This document shows positions 48,212 through 58,504 of a stretch of 64,000 nt of DNA, piece by piece. The notes below the pieces were generated by a model. It was not told where the DNA came from, did no database searches, and worked only from the letters and a program-made list of their open reading frames with translations. The translations under genes and the position numbers were made by a program. How positions within the stretch are numbered: position 1 is the first letter of the stretch; every line of letters begins with the position of its first letter. Source of the DNA: an uncultured bacterium (GTDB taxonomy: Bacteria; Planctomycetota; UBA1135; GCA-002686595); contig CALSNU010000006.1 of assembly GCA_943787795.1 (NCBI GenBank), forward strand, positions 256,001 to 320,000, given 5' to 3'.

Positions 48212-49228
48212 ATGACTCTCCATCTGCCCTGCGCCGCCCTCAAGGCACTCACCACGGCCTCCGTCGCCATCCTCGCAACCACCGCCTCGGCAACTGCTCA
48301 GGGGGTGTTCATGCAGCAATCCAACGACGTCGTGGCCATCCAGATGGAGTCGGCTTTGCCGCCCTCGTCATGGTCCCCGAGCACCGTCACTCCCGGCTTC
48401 ACTGGCCAGAGCTACTTCAGGTGGGACGGGCCCAACTTCTTCTCAACCCCAGGCAACGGCGTCTTTGGATTCGACTTCGAGGTCTCCACTTCGGGGTCGC
48501 ACAGCGTATCGATCTACAACCGCCACGAAGACCCCGATCCGACCGAGGAGAATGACACGTGGGTCCGGATGGATGGCGGAAGCTGGGTCAAGGCGTTCTC
48601 CAACAGGCCTACCAGCGTCGGTAGCTGGACCTGGGAGACCAGGAGTGAAGCGGCCGGCGGCGCTTCGCTTACCTACACCCTGACGCCCGGTCCCCACCGC
48701 ATTGAATTCTCGGGCCGATCGAACGGCTTCAAGATGGACCGTGTGCACATTTACCCCACAGGAGCCAACGGGGAGAACGCAGCCCTCCCCGAGTCGCCGA
48801 GGCGCTTTGGTGACGCGTACTGCACGACCGTCCCCAACAGCACCGGGCTGGCGTCCTCCCTCGAAGCCATCGGCTCGCCGATCGCATCGCAGAACGACGT
48901 CATCCTCTACGGCGCGGACCTTCCAATTGGGGCCCTTGGATACATGGCCGTGGCTCGCACGCAGAGTTTCTTCCCCAACCCCGGTGGAAGCGCGGGCAAC
49001 GTCTGCCTCGGCGCCAACATCGGGCGCTATATCGGCGACGTTCTTGTGGCCGATGGCTCTGGACAGGTCTCCATGGCGCTGGACCTCACATCGATTCCGC
49101 AACCCACCGGATCCCAGCCGACCCTTGCAGGGGAGACCTGGAACTTCCAGTTCTGGCACCGGGACTCCGCGCCCGGCGGGGGCGCGACGTCCAACTTCAG
49201 CCGCGGGCTCGAAGTGACCTTCGAGTGA
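48212..49228 (+). CDS. secreted protein: carbohydrate-binding-like beta-sandwich plus conserved-looking C-terminal domain
   Basis: Signal peptide ending ATA-Q; G.H.IEFSGRS.GF.MDR; C-terminal YC...PNSTG...CLG..IGR...WNFQFWHRD...SNFS.GL. Confidence 0.75.
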   Translation: MTLHLPCAALKALTTASVAILATTASATAQGVFMQQSNDVVAIQMESALPPSSWSPSTVTPGFTGQSYFRWDGPNFFSTPGNGVFGFDFEVSTSGSHSVSIYNRHEDPDPTEENDTWVRMDGGSWVKAFSNRPTSVGSWTWETRSEAAGGASLTYTLTPGPHRIEFSGRSNGFKMDRVHIYPTGANGENAALPESPRRFGDAYCTTVPNSTGLASSLEAIGSPIASQNDVILYGADLPIGALGYMAVARTQSFFPNPGGSAGNVCLGANIGRYIGDVLVADGSGQVSMALDLTSIPQPTGSQPTLAGETWNFQFWHRDSAPGGGATSNFSRGLEVTFE

Positions 49229-49261
49229 ATCCCCGCCAGGGGCGCACGACGCCTGCCGGCC

Positions 49262-49304
49262 AACAAGCGAGCTCAGACCCCTCCAGGCCTGGGCTCGCTC
49301 GTTT
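49262..49304 (+). terminator. putative intrinsic terminator
   Basis: GCGAGCTCAG / CTGGGCTCGC stem (one G-U pair) followed by TCGTTT. Confidence 0.5.
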
Positions 49305-49344
49305 ACCCTGAGCGCGGCGTCCGCGTGAGTCGGAGGCCATAGCG

Positions 49345-49968
49345 ATGGCAGAAGTCACTCAGTTACTACAGGCCATGAGGGCCGGAGACGACGCCAGCGA
49401 TGAGCTGATCGAGGCCGTCTACGCCGAACTCCGGCGTCTCGCGGCCACCAAGCTGGCCCGTGAGCGCGGGCAGACCCTCCAGGCGACAGCTCTGGTGCAT
49501 GAGGCGTGGATGCGAATCGCAGGGCCCGCCGAAGGGGAGGGAGCGCCCCAGCTACGCTTCGAGAATCGGGCCCACTTTCTTGGCGCCGCCGCCGAGGCCA
49601 TGCGGAGGATCCTCATCGAGCGAGCCCGCAGGCGCCAGAGCCTGCGTCACGGCGGCGGCCACGGACACGTGGACCTCGAGCCCGACGCCCTCGTCGAGCT
49701 GCCTCCGAGCACAGACTTGCTGGCCCTCGACGAGGCCCTCCAGAAGCTCACCGCCATGGACGCGTCCCACGGTCGGCTGGTCGAGCTACGCTTCTTTGCC
49801 GGCCTCTCGATCGTCGAGGCCGCCGAGGTGCTCGGGATCTCCAGGGCGACGGCGGACCGCAACTGGGCCTTCGCGCGCTCCTGGCTCTATAACGAACTCC
49901 GGAGTGACTCCTCGGCCCCAGGGGCACGCGGTGTGACGGGCCACCAAGAGCCCGAAGTGGACCGTTGA
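49345..49968 (+). CDS. ECF sigma factor, TIGR02999 (kinase-associated) type
   Basis: EVTQLL, VYAELRRLA, TLQATALVHEAW, RAHF..AAAEAMRRILIE.AR, VELRFFAGL, W.FARSWL. Confidence 0.93.
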   Translation: MAEVTQLLQAMRAGDDASDELIEAVYAELRRLAATKLARERGQTLQATALVHEAWMRIAGPAEGEGAPQLRFENRAHFLGAAAEAMRRILIERARRRQSLRHGGGHGHVDLEPDALVELPPSTDLLALDEALQKLTAMDASHGRLVELRFFAGLSIVEAAEVLGISRATADRNWAFARSWLYNELRSDSSAPGARGVTGHQEPEVDR

Positions 49969-52886
49969 GCGACCCCCCCGACCTTGAGCCAGACCCGTCG
50001 AGCGGCGACCGCGCTTCGACCGGCCCAGCTGGCGGACAGTCCTCCCCTGGGGATCCTGTTGCTGGAGGGGCTGCGGATAAGGGCGCTGCCGCGAAGAGCT
50101 CCAAGGTCGGCGTCCCGGCCCTTCCTGGCACCCGGCTCCAGCTCCTCGAGCGCCTCTTCGCCGGCGCCCTCCAGCGCCCAGCGGGTAGAAACCGACAGAG
50201 GTGGCTCAGAAACTCCGCAGGGGGTGACGAGGAGCTAGCCTCCGAGGTGGCCGACCTGCTGGACGCCCATGAGGCGTCCAGTGGCTTCCTCGAGACTGGC
50301 GCCGTCGTGGACAGTAGGGGCGCCGACGACGTTGAGGAGGTCAAGACCGGCTCGCTGATCGGCCCCTACACCCTCGTCGAAGAGCTCGGCGAAGGCGGCT
50401 TCGGCGTCGTCTTTCGCGCGACGCAGCAGGCGCCCCTGCGGCGAGAGGTGGCCCTGAAGGTCATCAAGCTGGGCATGGACACGCGGCAGGTGATCGCCCG
50501 CTTTGAGGCGGAGCGCCACGCCCTCTCGCTGCTCGACCACCCCTCGATCGCCAGGGCGCTCGACGCCGGCGCGACGGAGCGCGGCCGCCCGTTCTTCGTG
50601 ATGGACCTCGTGCCCGGCCAACCCATCACGACGTACTGCGACAATCACCGCCTGACCGTCCGCGAGCGACTGGAGGTGTTCCTGGACCTGTGCGGGGCGA
50701 TCCAGCACGCCCACCAGCGGGGGGTGATCCACCGAGACATCAAGCCCAGTAACGTGCTGGTGACCGAAGCCGAGGGGCTCCCGATCCCCAAGGTGATCGA
50801 CTTCGGCATCGCCAAGGCGACCAGCACCGAGCGAGGCGCTGGAACGCTCTTCACGGAGATGGGCCAGGTGATCGGCACGCCCGTCTACATGAGCCCGGAA
50901 CAAGCCTCCGGCAGCGCCGACATCGACACGCGCACCGACGTCTACAGCCTCGGCGTGGTCCTGCACGAGATGCTGTCCGGGGAGCCGCCCTTCTCCGCCG
51001 AGGCGCTCCGTGAGCACGCGAGCAGCGGAGACATCGCAGGGTTCCTCACCAAGAGCACGCCAACGCCAATGGCGACCCGCGTTGGAGCAGACCAACCGGA
51101 CTCCAAGAAGATCGCGCAGATGCGCAGGAGCACCCCCGGAGAACTGAGGCGACTCCTGCATGGGGACCTCGAGAACATCCTGCACTGCGCGCTCTCGCCC
51201 GAACGGGACCGCCGATACGAGTCCGCGGCCGCCTTCTCCAGGGACGTCCGTCGCGTGCTCACCAACCGCCCGATCGAGGCGGCTCCCCCCTCTGCCATCT
51301 ACCTGGGCACCAAGTTCCTGCGGCGTCACAGGGTGGCGGCCGTGGCGACCGCGGCAGTGATCGCCGCGCTGATCACCGGCCTGACCGTGGCCTTCCAGGC
51401 GCTCAGCGCGCGCCAGGAGCAGGCCGGGGTCCTGCGCGAGATCTTCTCCGCCACGCGGTACGCCGACGGGCCCGCCCGCGACCAGTCCCGGCCGCAAACG
51501 ATGCAGCCCGCCGAGCTGGACCGCATGGTCATCCGCGCCTTTGGGGTGACGGATGCCATCCGAGTGGATGCGCTCGGCACCCTCGCGGACCGCCTGATCA
51601 GCGCCGGGCAGCTCCAGGCCGCCCTCGAAGCGCAGGCCGCAGCCCTCGCAGCGGCATGGGAGATTCACGGCCCTGCCTCGGCTCAGGCTGCCCGGCAGCA
51701 GGCCGCGCTTGGCCTCCTTCAGGCCCGACGTGGAGATCGCCTGATGGCGAGGATCGAGCTGGAAGCGGCCCTGAACCTGGACCGCGTCACCCCTGGCCCC
51801 ACGGCCGTCATCGTGCATCAGGCCCGGCTCGAGCTCGCCAAGCTCCTCAACGAGTCCGGGGACAAGAGCGGCGCGATCGAGTTACTTGAGGAGGCAGACC
51901 GGATCGCCTCGACCCTGGAGGAAGGCGACGGGAGCCTGCGCACCGAGGCGCTGGAGGCGCTCCTCCCGCTGGTACAGGGCAGCGACAATCCGGTCGCGAC
52001 TCGCCGCGTCCACGAACGCCTGCTGGAGCAGTACGCCCTCCGGTACCCGGAAGAGAGCGCCTTCCTGGTCCGTCGACAGGTGGAGTACGCGGCCTGGCTC
52101 GCCAGCGTCGGGCTGGCAGAGGAGGCGTCGCTCCCCCTCGATGTGGCCCTGGACGCGCTGGATCGCACGGCGGCTCCTCCGCTCGACTTGCTCTACGAGA
52201 CGCTCGCCACCCTGAACCGCGTCTACGCACAGGCCCCGTCCCTCACCACGGACCTGGCCGCCCGAGCGAGCCTCGAGCGGGAGATCGACGTGGCTCGAAG
52301 GCGATTCTCCCCCGAGGCCACGGAGTACCTCGACACCCTCGCTCGGTGCGCGGCCGACTTCCAGAGGCGCGGCAACCTCGGGCGGTCCACCGAGCTGTTG
52401 AACGAGCGCTTTGAGCGCTTCGAGACCGCCACCCTCGAGACGGAGCAGACGGAGGCCACACGGCTCGCTCGCACTGCGCTCGCCGAGCAGCTCCTCGATC
52501 GGGCGGACACCATTCGCCGCCAGGGCGAGCTGACCCGTGACACGTACCGCGCTGCCCACCGGGCCGCGGAGCTCGCCGCCCCCTACTTCCCGGGCAACCG
52601 GAATCTGCTCGAGACCCGCCTCGTTCTCGCCACACGCATTGGAGAGTTCGCTCAGCTGTTCTCGCTGCTCGAGGAGTTCGAGCGCTCCAGCGGCGTCCAG
52701 GGATTGCACCCGCTCACGCTCGCCATGCAGGCGATCGCGTTCCACCAGACGCCCGCCACCCAGCGGATCGCACGACAGAGGCTCAGCGAAGCGCAGGAGC
52801 TCGCACGCCGGCCCGAGTTCATCGCGCTTCCAGGCCTACAGGAGGCGCTGGACTGGGCCGCCGAGGCGATCTACGGCGGAGGCTAA
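49965..52886 (+). CDS. Hanks-type Ser/Thr protein kinase with TM helix and TPR-like C-terminus
   Basis: LGEGGFGVV, VALK, HRDIKPSN, IDFGIAK, GTPVYMSPEQ, DVYSLG; TTGA overlap with the ECF gene. Confidence 0.94.
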   Translation: MSDPPDLEPDPSSGDRASTGPAGGQSSPGDPVAGGAADKGAAAKSSKVGVPALPGTRLQLLERLFAGALQRPAGRNRQRWLRNSAGGDEELASEVADLLDAHEASSGFLETGAVVDSRGADDVEEVKTGSLIGPYTLVEELGEGGFGVVFRATQQAPLRREVALKVIKLGMDTRQVIARFEAERHALSLLDHPSIARALDAGATERGRPFFVMDLVPGQPITTYCDNHRLTVRERLEVFLDLCGAIQHAHQRGVIHRDIKPSNVLVTEAEGLPIPKVIDFGIAKATSTERGAGTLFTEMGQVIGTPVYMSPEQASGSADIDTRTDVYSLGVVLHEMLSGEPPFSAEALREHASSGDIAGFLTKSTPTPMATRVGADQPDSKKIAQMRRSTPGELRRLLHGDLENILHCALSPERDRRYESAAAFSRDVRRVLTNRPIEAAPPSAIYLGTKFLRRHRVAAVATAAVIAALITGLTVAFQALSARQEQAGVLREIFSATRYADGPARDQSRPQTMQPAELDRMVIRAFGVTDAIRVDALGTLADRLISAGQLQAALEAQAAALAAAWEIHGPASAQAARQQAALGLLQARRGDRLMARIELEAALNLDRVTPGPTAVIVHQARLELAKLLNESGDKSGAIELLEEADRIASTLEEGDGSLRTEALEALLPLVQGSDNPVATRRVHERLLEQYALRYPEESAFLVRRQVEYAAWLASVGLAEEASLPLDVALDALDRTAAPPLDLLYETLATLNRVYAQAPSLTTDLAARASLEREIDVARRRFSPEATEYLDTLARCAADFQRRGNLGRSTELLNERFERFETATLETEQTEATRLARTALAEQLLDRADTIRRQGELTRDTYRAAHRAAELAAPYFPGNRNLLETRLVLATRIGEFAQLFSLLEEFERSSGVQGLHPLTLAMQAIAFHQTPATQRIARQRLSEAQELARRPEFIALPGLQEALDWAAEAIYGGG

Positions 52887-54610
52887 CGGCGTCCCGCCGC
52901 GTCACCGGAGACGGTGAAACCCTGCTCCACGAATCGCGGGGCCAGGTCCTGACGAACCAGCAGGTTCACAAAGCCGCCGGGGACGGCAAAGCTGGCGCCG
53001 AAATAAGCCGCCGCAACGCGCGCGGCCGTATCGCGATCAAGGTACGGCGGCCCCCCAAAATTCGGCGCCACCGTGGGCGAGGCCAGCGCCGGCAGCAAGT
53101 CAACCTCTGTAATGGACAGGGGCCGCACGCCCACTGGGTCGAGGTGCAGCGCTCCCGCTCGCCGTCGAAGCGCCTCCTCGACCGCGTCCCTTCCGAACTT
53201 GACCTGCCCCGGAGCGGGAAGCCGAGCGATGCTCCGGTCCGTCAGCCCGGTCAGATCCAAGACAGAGGCGTCTGGACAGAACCACCGCAGCCTCTGGAGG
53301 TGCCGGTGTCCGAAGGCCTCCCCGTCAAGGGCGAGAGTCGCCGCGCGCAGGGCCGGGCGCTCCGGAGCGAAGACCTCCATCCCTGCGGGCCCCGAGCGCG
53401 CCGCCGACAGCCGCATACGAACCGTTTCTGCCGAGACCGACCCTCCGATCAACGCCCACGACTGGAGCGCCAGCGCCGCCGCCCCGAGCCCGAGGAGCAC
53501 CTGGGCGAAGCGCGCAGGCCGCCCGAAGCCGCGAGGCGCGGCGAAGCCCAGCCAAAGGGGAACACCGATCGGAAGCGCCAGCCTCGCCCCCTCATAGCTG
53601 TCGCCCCCCGAAGCCACCAACGCTGCGAGCGACAACCCCGCAAGCCACAACGCCACGCGCTGGATGTGAGCCCCTTCAAGATGCCCCTCGCGCCGCGCCG
53701 CGCCGAATCGAAGAGCGGCGATCACGGCCAGCGTCACCAACGCGAGGCCGCCCGAGCCTGCGACCAGCTGCGCCGCGTACTCGGCACCATCCATCCACTC
53801 CTGCACGAGGCTGTCCGAGCGCTTGGCGTGATAGGTGTTCGGGAGCCACGCCCCGTAGACCGTCCGCCTGAAGGCGGTCACCGGGACGACGATGAGCAGC
53901 GCGCTCACCGCCAGAGTCCAGCGACGCCCCCTCAGGGGCTCGCGTAAGCTCGTCCCCGAGCGCCCCTCGCCGGCAACGTGTCCGGAGGTGAGGCCCTCCT
54001 CAAGCGGGCCCGCAGGGCTTGGCCTCGCCAGCCAAGCGGCGGCCAAGCCGAGCGCCATCCCCTCAGGCCGAATCCAAGCGAGCAGCGCACCCCACCCGAG
54101 CGCCCCGCGAAAACGACGTCTCATCGCGGCGGTGGCGGCCAGCATCCAAACCAGCCCAAAGAGCGGCCCCTCCAGTCGGTAGGCTGCGCCTTCGAGGAGT
54201 CCGGGGACCGAGATCAGTCCGAAGGCAGCGATGGTGCACCGAACCCCGCCCCCGCCAAGCGCGGCGAGCAGGGCAACGCTGGCGCCCACGAAGATCGCCA
54301 GCTCGGCCAGGGCAAGCCAGCCAGCCGCCCGCAACGGATCCGCCCCCGGCCAGACAACGAGAAGCGCCATCTTCCCCAGCAGGTCCGCCGGGCTGGTCCA
54401 CGACTCCACGGTCGGGCCCTCGGCGCCCAGATCGGAAGTCGAGACCAATCTCCGGGCTTCAGCGAGCACCACGAACACGTCGTCGAGGCTGCCTGCGGGG
54501 GGCGCGAGGGCCAGAGCGCAGCAACCGAAGGCGGTCACGGCAAGTCCCAGCCCCAACCCCAACCCCAACCCGATCTGGGGCCCTCGCCCGCGCTCTGCTA
54601 CGCCCTTCAT
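52883..54610 (-). CDS. polytopic GT-C-type glycosyltransferase-like membrane protein (AftB-like)
   Basis: DDVF, VES.TSP, LEGPL, RPEG, PNTYHAK, GGD, DLTGLTD..IA motifs; many TM helices. Confidence 0.65.
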   Translation of the reverse strand: MKGVAERGRGPQIGLGLGLGLGLAVTAFGCCALALAPPAGSLDDVFVVLAEARRLVSTSDLGAEGPTVESWTSPADLLGKMALLVVWPGADPLRAAGWLALAELAIFVGASVALLAALGGGGVRCTIAAFGLISVPGLLEGAAYRLEGPLFGLVWMLAATAAMRRRFRGALGWGALLAWIRPEGMALGLAAAWLARPSPAGPLEEGLTSGHVAGEGRSGTSLREPLRGRRWTLAVSALLIVVPVTAFRRTVYGAWLPNTYHAKRSDSLVQEWMDGAEYAAQLVAGSGGLALVTLAVIAALRFGAARREGHLEGAHIQRVALWLAGLSLAALVASGGDSYEGARLALPIGVPLWLGFAAPRGFGRPARFAQVLLGLGAAALALQSWALIGGSVSAETVRMRLSAARSGPAGMEVFAPERPALRAATLALDGEAFGHRHLQRLRWFCPDASVLDLTGLTDRSIARLPAPGQVKFGRDAVEEALRRRAGALHLDPVGVRPLSITEVDLLPALASPTVAPNFGGPPYLDRDTAARVAAAYFGASFAVPGGFVNLLVRQDLAPRFVEQGFTVSGDAAGRR

Positions 54611-54843
54611 CCGGGGGACATTCTGCGCTCCGGGCAGGGCGGGACCCAGCACCAGGCTCGATGTGAAGGCTGACTGGGCGAGGCCGGACGCTGCCCATCG
54701 TGCGAATCCGCACAGGTCCTCTGGCCGGGCGGGCCAAGAACCGCCCCTTCCGTCGGGGAGTCAGGCCCCTCGGCGTTGCCTCTGCAGCCCCATCCACCTA
54801 CTCTTCTACCTGTCACCGGCCGCGTCACGGCCCCAGTTCACTG

Positions 54844-54859
54844 TGGAACGGGGTTTGCG
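54844..54859 (+). promoter_or_regulatory. putative sigma-54 (-24/-12) promoter
   Basis: TGGAACGGGGTTTGCG = GG-N10-GC with TTGC, about 110 nt upstream of ATG 54972. Confidence 0.55.
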
Positions 54860-54971
54860 ACTGTTTGACATCTGCATCTGAGCTGTCGGCCCCGCCCAGG
54901 GACCTGGCCTCGGCCCCTCCATGGCCCCCATGGAGGCTCAGGCGCCACCTTCAATCCGATCTCGATCTTCG

Positions 54972-57900
54972 ATGACTGCACGGACCATCCTCCCCCGACC
55001 CCAGCCTGCGACCCCTCTCCGCCTCACCCAGGCGCTGGCTACCGTCGCTGTACTGGCCTTCGCGGGCTGTAACTCCACGTCCTCACCCGACCAGCAGACC
55101 ACCCCGGCCGGGTCACTCGAGACCAAGCCGAACGGTGACCTTTACCTGGTGGATAACAACTTCGGCGGCGTGGCCACCGAGGTTCGCATCGCGCGCCAGT
55201 TCTACGGGCGACTGGTCAACATCGTTGCGTTCGAGGACGCCGGGCTGACCCAGCGCACGACCGTCTTCGAGCAGTTCGTCGTGAATCCGAAGTCGCAGAG
55301 CAGCTGGGCGCTGCCGGACTTTGAACTCGAGACGAACCAGGTCACGGGTGTGCAGACCCTGGTGATCTATCGGGACTTCTCGGACGAGACGCAGAACGGT
55401 GGACGAGACCAGTTCCTCTCCCTGCTGGCCCAGGCAGAGAGCGGCGTTCGACCGATCGCCGACAACGGCTTCGTCGGCGCCGGCACCTACTCCATGGTGC
55501 CCCGCAACGCGGCCATTGTCGTGGTGTTTGACGACCTCATCGATCCGGCCACGATCAACTCGTCGTCGGTCCGCCTGTTGGTCGGCGAGCCCACCATCAT
55601 CCCCTTCGAGGCGCGCTTCCTCGCTGACCCCAATCACGGCGGGCTCGCGGACTTCAACGGCGAGCCGGGCACGGAGTTCTACTCAACGCGACTGATCGTT
55701 GACGCCGCCGTCAGCGAGGTGGAGTCCTTCAACAGCGACCCGCCGGTGTCCGTGAACACCATCGGGTACCCGGCAAGTAACGAGGCTAACCTCTCCAACG
55801 TGGAGCTCAGGTTCCCCACCGTCTCGCTCGCCGGCCAGCAGCAGCCACTGCTCCAGAACCCCACGGCGCACCCCCTCACGGTCCTCTCCAACGGCACCTT
55901 CGACTTCGGCTCGCCCGGCCGAGAGCTCGTCCGCGCCTTCCGCTCCGGCGGAGAGACCGCCGTGACGAACGACCCCTCCAACGGCTTCCTCCCGGACGAG
56001 ACCTCGCCGACCCTCCTCGGCAGTCTCTCGGCGGTCCTGCTGGACTCGCCCGCCACCGCACCGGGTGTCGACCCGCTCGTCTTCAACCTGCCTCGCCTGC
56101 TGTTCACCTCGTCTGCCTGCGCCCAGGCGCCGGCACCTGGAGACCTGATCAATCAGGGCCCCTACTTCGCCGAGGTCCTCAACAGCACCTCCGTCTCGCC
56201 GACGGGCCTGGCCCAGAACGTCCTCGTTCGCCTGGTGGCCTTCCCCCCCGGGTTCGACCCCGCGCAGTTCACGACGATCCTCGGTCCCGTCCAGTACGTC
56301 GTCCCGTTCATTCCGGCCGAAGACAGCTCGCGCTCCCAGTGCTTCATCAGCGTCTCGCCGGCCGCCCCCGACGCGAACGCTCCGATCAGCAACGTGGCGC
56401 CCGGCGCGACCTTCCGGTTCCGCTTCAGCGAGGCGATTGACCCGAACCTGTTCGAGCCCTACGAGTCGTTCCGGCTGCTCCGAAACCAACCCGACCCTCT
56501 CTCCACCGCGCCCATTCCGGCCGGCGACTTCATCCCCGGCGTGGTCCGCAACAGCACCTCGCTCCAGGAGTTCCGCTTCGAGCCGGAGCTGCCCCTCTCC
56601 CACAGCCAGGGCAGCGGCGAGACCTACTTCCTCGACTTCCCTGGCGGAGATCGAACCCCCAAGGACCTCGCGGGCAACCCGGTGGTCGGCCTGCTTTCCC
56701 CCCTTGAAGTCACCGTCGACGCCACTGCGCCCGACGCCCCGACCGGCGGACGCGTGATCCGCTTTGAGTCCGCCGACGAGGAGGCCCCCTTCGGCGACGC
56801 CAGCTCCGCCAACGTGATCGACACGTTCGCAAAGCCCGAGTGGTGGGGCCAGATCGTCTACGACCTCGAGCGAGGCCGCGTCCGCGGGCGCCCCGTCGTC
56901 CGCACCCAGGTGGTCTGCAGCCAGAACAACGAGGTCGTCGCGGCGATGCAGCCGGGCGTGGGAACCACCCTTCCGCTCAGCCCGTACGGCGCCCGCACCC
57001 AGATCCTTTGGCGCTATATCGACTTCGGCGATGACCTCCCCCTCACCCGGGACAACGACGTCGCCCAGGACCTGAACTACGCACAGATCAACCTCGACAT
57101 CGAGGGCGTCTCCCTCAGCCCCCTAGGCGGCAACCCGGTCTTCGAGAGCTACCCGGAGTTCCAGATGTCGATGGCCCACGCGGAGAACCTCCCCGACGAG
57201 CTCATCAACCCGCTCACCGGCGCGCTGGTCCTCCCGAACTCGGGGATTGGCAACACCTTCGAGACCAACATCGTCGACCCCGGCAACGATCCGCTGAAGG
57301 TGGTTCACCCCCGGGCGAATGGCTACACGATCAACCCCGGTGACCAGACCCTCGCTCCGGACGGCACCTCCCTGATCCCCACCCCCATGAACCAGGGGGT
57401 CCCGGCGAACCAGAAGGAGTACTACACCTGGCGCGACACGGCGATCCGGACCCGCGGTGGCTTCAATGGAGGCGGCGCGCCCGTCGCACGTCAGGCTCAG
57501 ATCACGGGCATCGGCCCGGTGGCCGAGCTCATCACCATGATGGGCCCGGACTGCAACCAGCCTGGAGACGCTAACCCGTTCTACCTCCTCGAAGAGGTGC
57601 GCACCGCAGGCCTCCCGCTGCTGGTCGAGTTCCGCTGCTACCCGACAGGCAACGCGTCCACGAGCAACATCTTCGCGCACCAGTTGGCGCACACCTCGAC
57701 CCTCCCGGGCTTCCGCGCCTACTCCGCGGGCGGCCGCGACGAGACGGGTGCGCTGAACCTCGTGAACCCGGACTCCGAGAACCTGGCCAACGGCGGCTTC
57801 GACCCCACGTCCATGCCCGCTGGTGCCCCGCTCCCCGGCGTGGACAACGCCCTTTACTTCGGTGCTCTGGACCTAGTGGTCCGCGTCAGCCGCGCTCACT

Positions 57901-58364
57901 CCTTGTTCTACGAGGCGATCGACCCCCTCGGCGTCGGCGCCTTCTCCGCGCCGACCTTCGTGGAGCCCGTCATCTTCCCCGAGCTTCAGCCCCAGGGAAC
58001 CAGCGTTGAATTCGCCTACCGCGGTGCGGTCACCATCATCGCCATCGCCGACGAGGACGCGAGCCGACAGGACGCCTACGGCGACTTCTACCAGACCAAG
58101 CCCATCAACTACACGCCGACACCGATGGAGGACCCCACCATCGAGCTGCGCGGCAATGCGTCCTGCTGGGATGGGTCCTTCAGCTACCAGGTCGCCGACC
58201 AGAACGGCCTGACCGGCTTCCTCAACAACGACGACACCTGGAAGACGGACGTGAATGACGTGACCGGCGCCCGCTTCCTGCAGGTGCGCATGTCCTTCAT
58301 CAGCAACGCCGGAACCGGCCTCGTCCCCGAGGTCGCTGCCCTGGGACTCTCCTGGCTCGAGTGA
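54972..58364 (+). CDS. large surface lipoprotein with Ig-like (Big_5/SbsA-like) domains
   Basis: Lipobox FAGC; IVVVFDDLIDPATIN and FRFSEAIDP...F.P..PL...DLAGNP motifs; Asn/Thr/Pro/Gly-rich. Confidence 0.8.
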   Translation: MTARTILPRPQPATPLRLTQALATVAVLAFAGCNSTSSPDQQTTPAGSLETKPNGDLYLVDNNFGGVATEVRIARQFYGRLVNIVAFEDAGLTQRTTVFEQFVVNPKSQSSWALPDFELETNQVTGVQTLVIYRDFSDETQNGGRDQFLSLLAQAESGVRPIADNGFVGAGTYSMVPRNAAIVVVFDDLIDPATINSSSVRLLVGEPTIIPFEARFLADPNHGGLADFNGEPGTEFYSTRLIVDAAVSEVESFNSDPPVSVNTIGYPASNEANLSNVELRFPTVSLAGQQQPLLQNPTAHPLTVLSNGTFDFGSPGRELVRAFRSGGETAVTNDPSNGFLPDETSPTLLGSLSAVLLDSPATAPGVDPLVFNLPRLLFTSSACAQAPAPGDLINQGPYFAEVLNSTSVSPTGLAQNVLVRLVAFPPGFDPAQFTTILGPVQYVVPFIPAEDSSRSQCFISVSPAAPDANAPISNVAPGATFRFRFSEAIDPNLFEPYESFRLLRNQPDPLSTAPIPAGDFIPGVVRNSTSLQEFRFEPELPLSHSQGSGETYFLDFPGGDRTPKDLAGNPVVGLLSPLEVTVDATAPDAPTGGRVIRFESADEEAPFGDASSANVIDTFAKPEWWGQIVYDLERGRVRGRPVVRTQVVCSQNNEVVAAMQPGVGTTLPLSPYGARTQILWRYIDFGDDLPLTRDNDVAQDLNYAQINLDIEGVSLSPLGGNPVFESYPEFQMSMAHAENLPDELINPLTGALVLPNSGIGNTFETNIVDPGNDPLKVVHPRANGYTINPGDQTLAPDGTSLIPTPMNQGVPANQKEYYTWRDTAIRTRGGFNGGGAPVARQAQITGIGPVAELITMMGPDCNQPGDANPFYLLEEVRTAGLPLLVEFRCYPTGNASTSNIFAHQLAHTSTLPGFRAYSAGGRDETGALNLVNPDSENLANGGFDPTSMPAGAPLPGVDNALYFGALDLVVRVSRAHSLFYEAIDPLGVGAFSAPTFVEPVIFPELQPQGTSVEFAYRGAVTIIAIADEDASRQDAYGDFYQTKPINYTPTPMEDPTIELRGNASCWDGSFSYQVADQNGLTGFLNNDDTWKTDVNDVTGARFLQVRMSFISNAGTGLVPEVAALGLSWLE

Positions 58365-58416
58365 GCCCGCACCCGCCCTGAGCGGGCCCTGTCCCGCCCT
58401 GAGGCGGGAACACCAA

Positions 58417-58469
58417 GAACGAGGCCCCGCGTCGCACCCCAGTGGTGCGGCCCGGGGCCTCGTTCGTTA
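58417..58469 (+). terminator. strong hairpin after the surface lipoprotein gene
   Basis: 13-bp perfect stem GAACGAGGCCCCG/CGGGGCCTCGTTC plus an inner stem. Confidence 0.7.
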
Positions 58470-58475
58470 GGCCAT

Positions 58476-58504
58476 TTGAATCTGCCGCCTCGGCAACCCA
58501 TTAT
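58476..58504 (+). promoter_or_regulatory. putative sigma-70 promoter TTGAAT-N17-CATTAT
   Basis: Near-consensus -35/-10 with 17-bp spacing in a GC-rich context. Confidence 0.55.

Noticed and set aside
54865..54870. TTGACA as a sigma-70 -35 element
   Set aside because: No -10 hexamer at 16-18 bp spacing; the adjacent sigma-54-like element fits better
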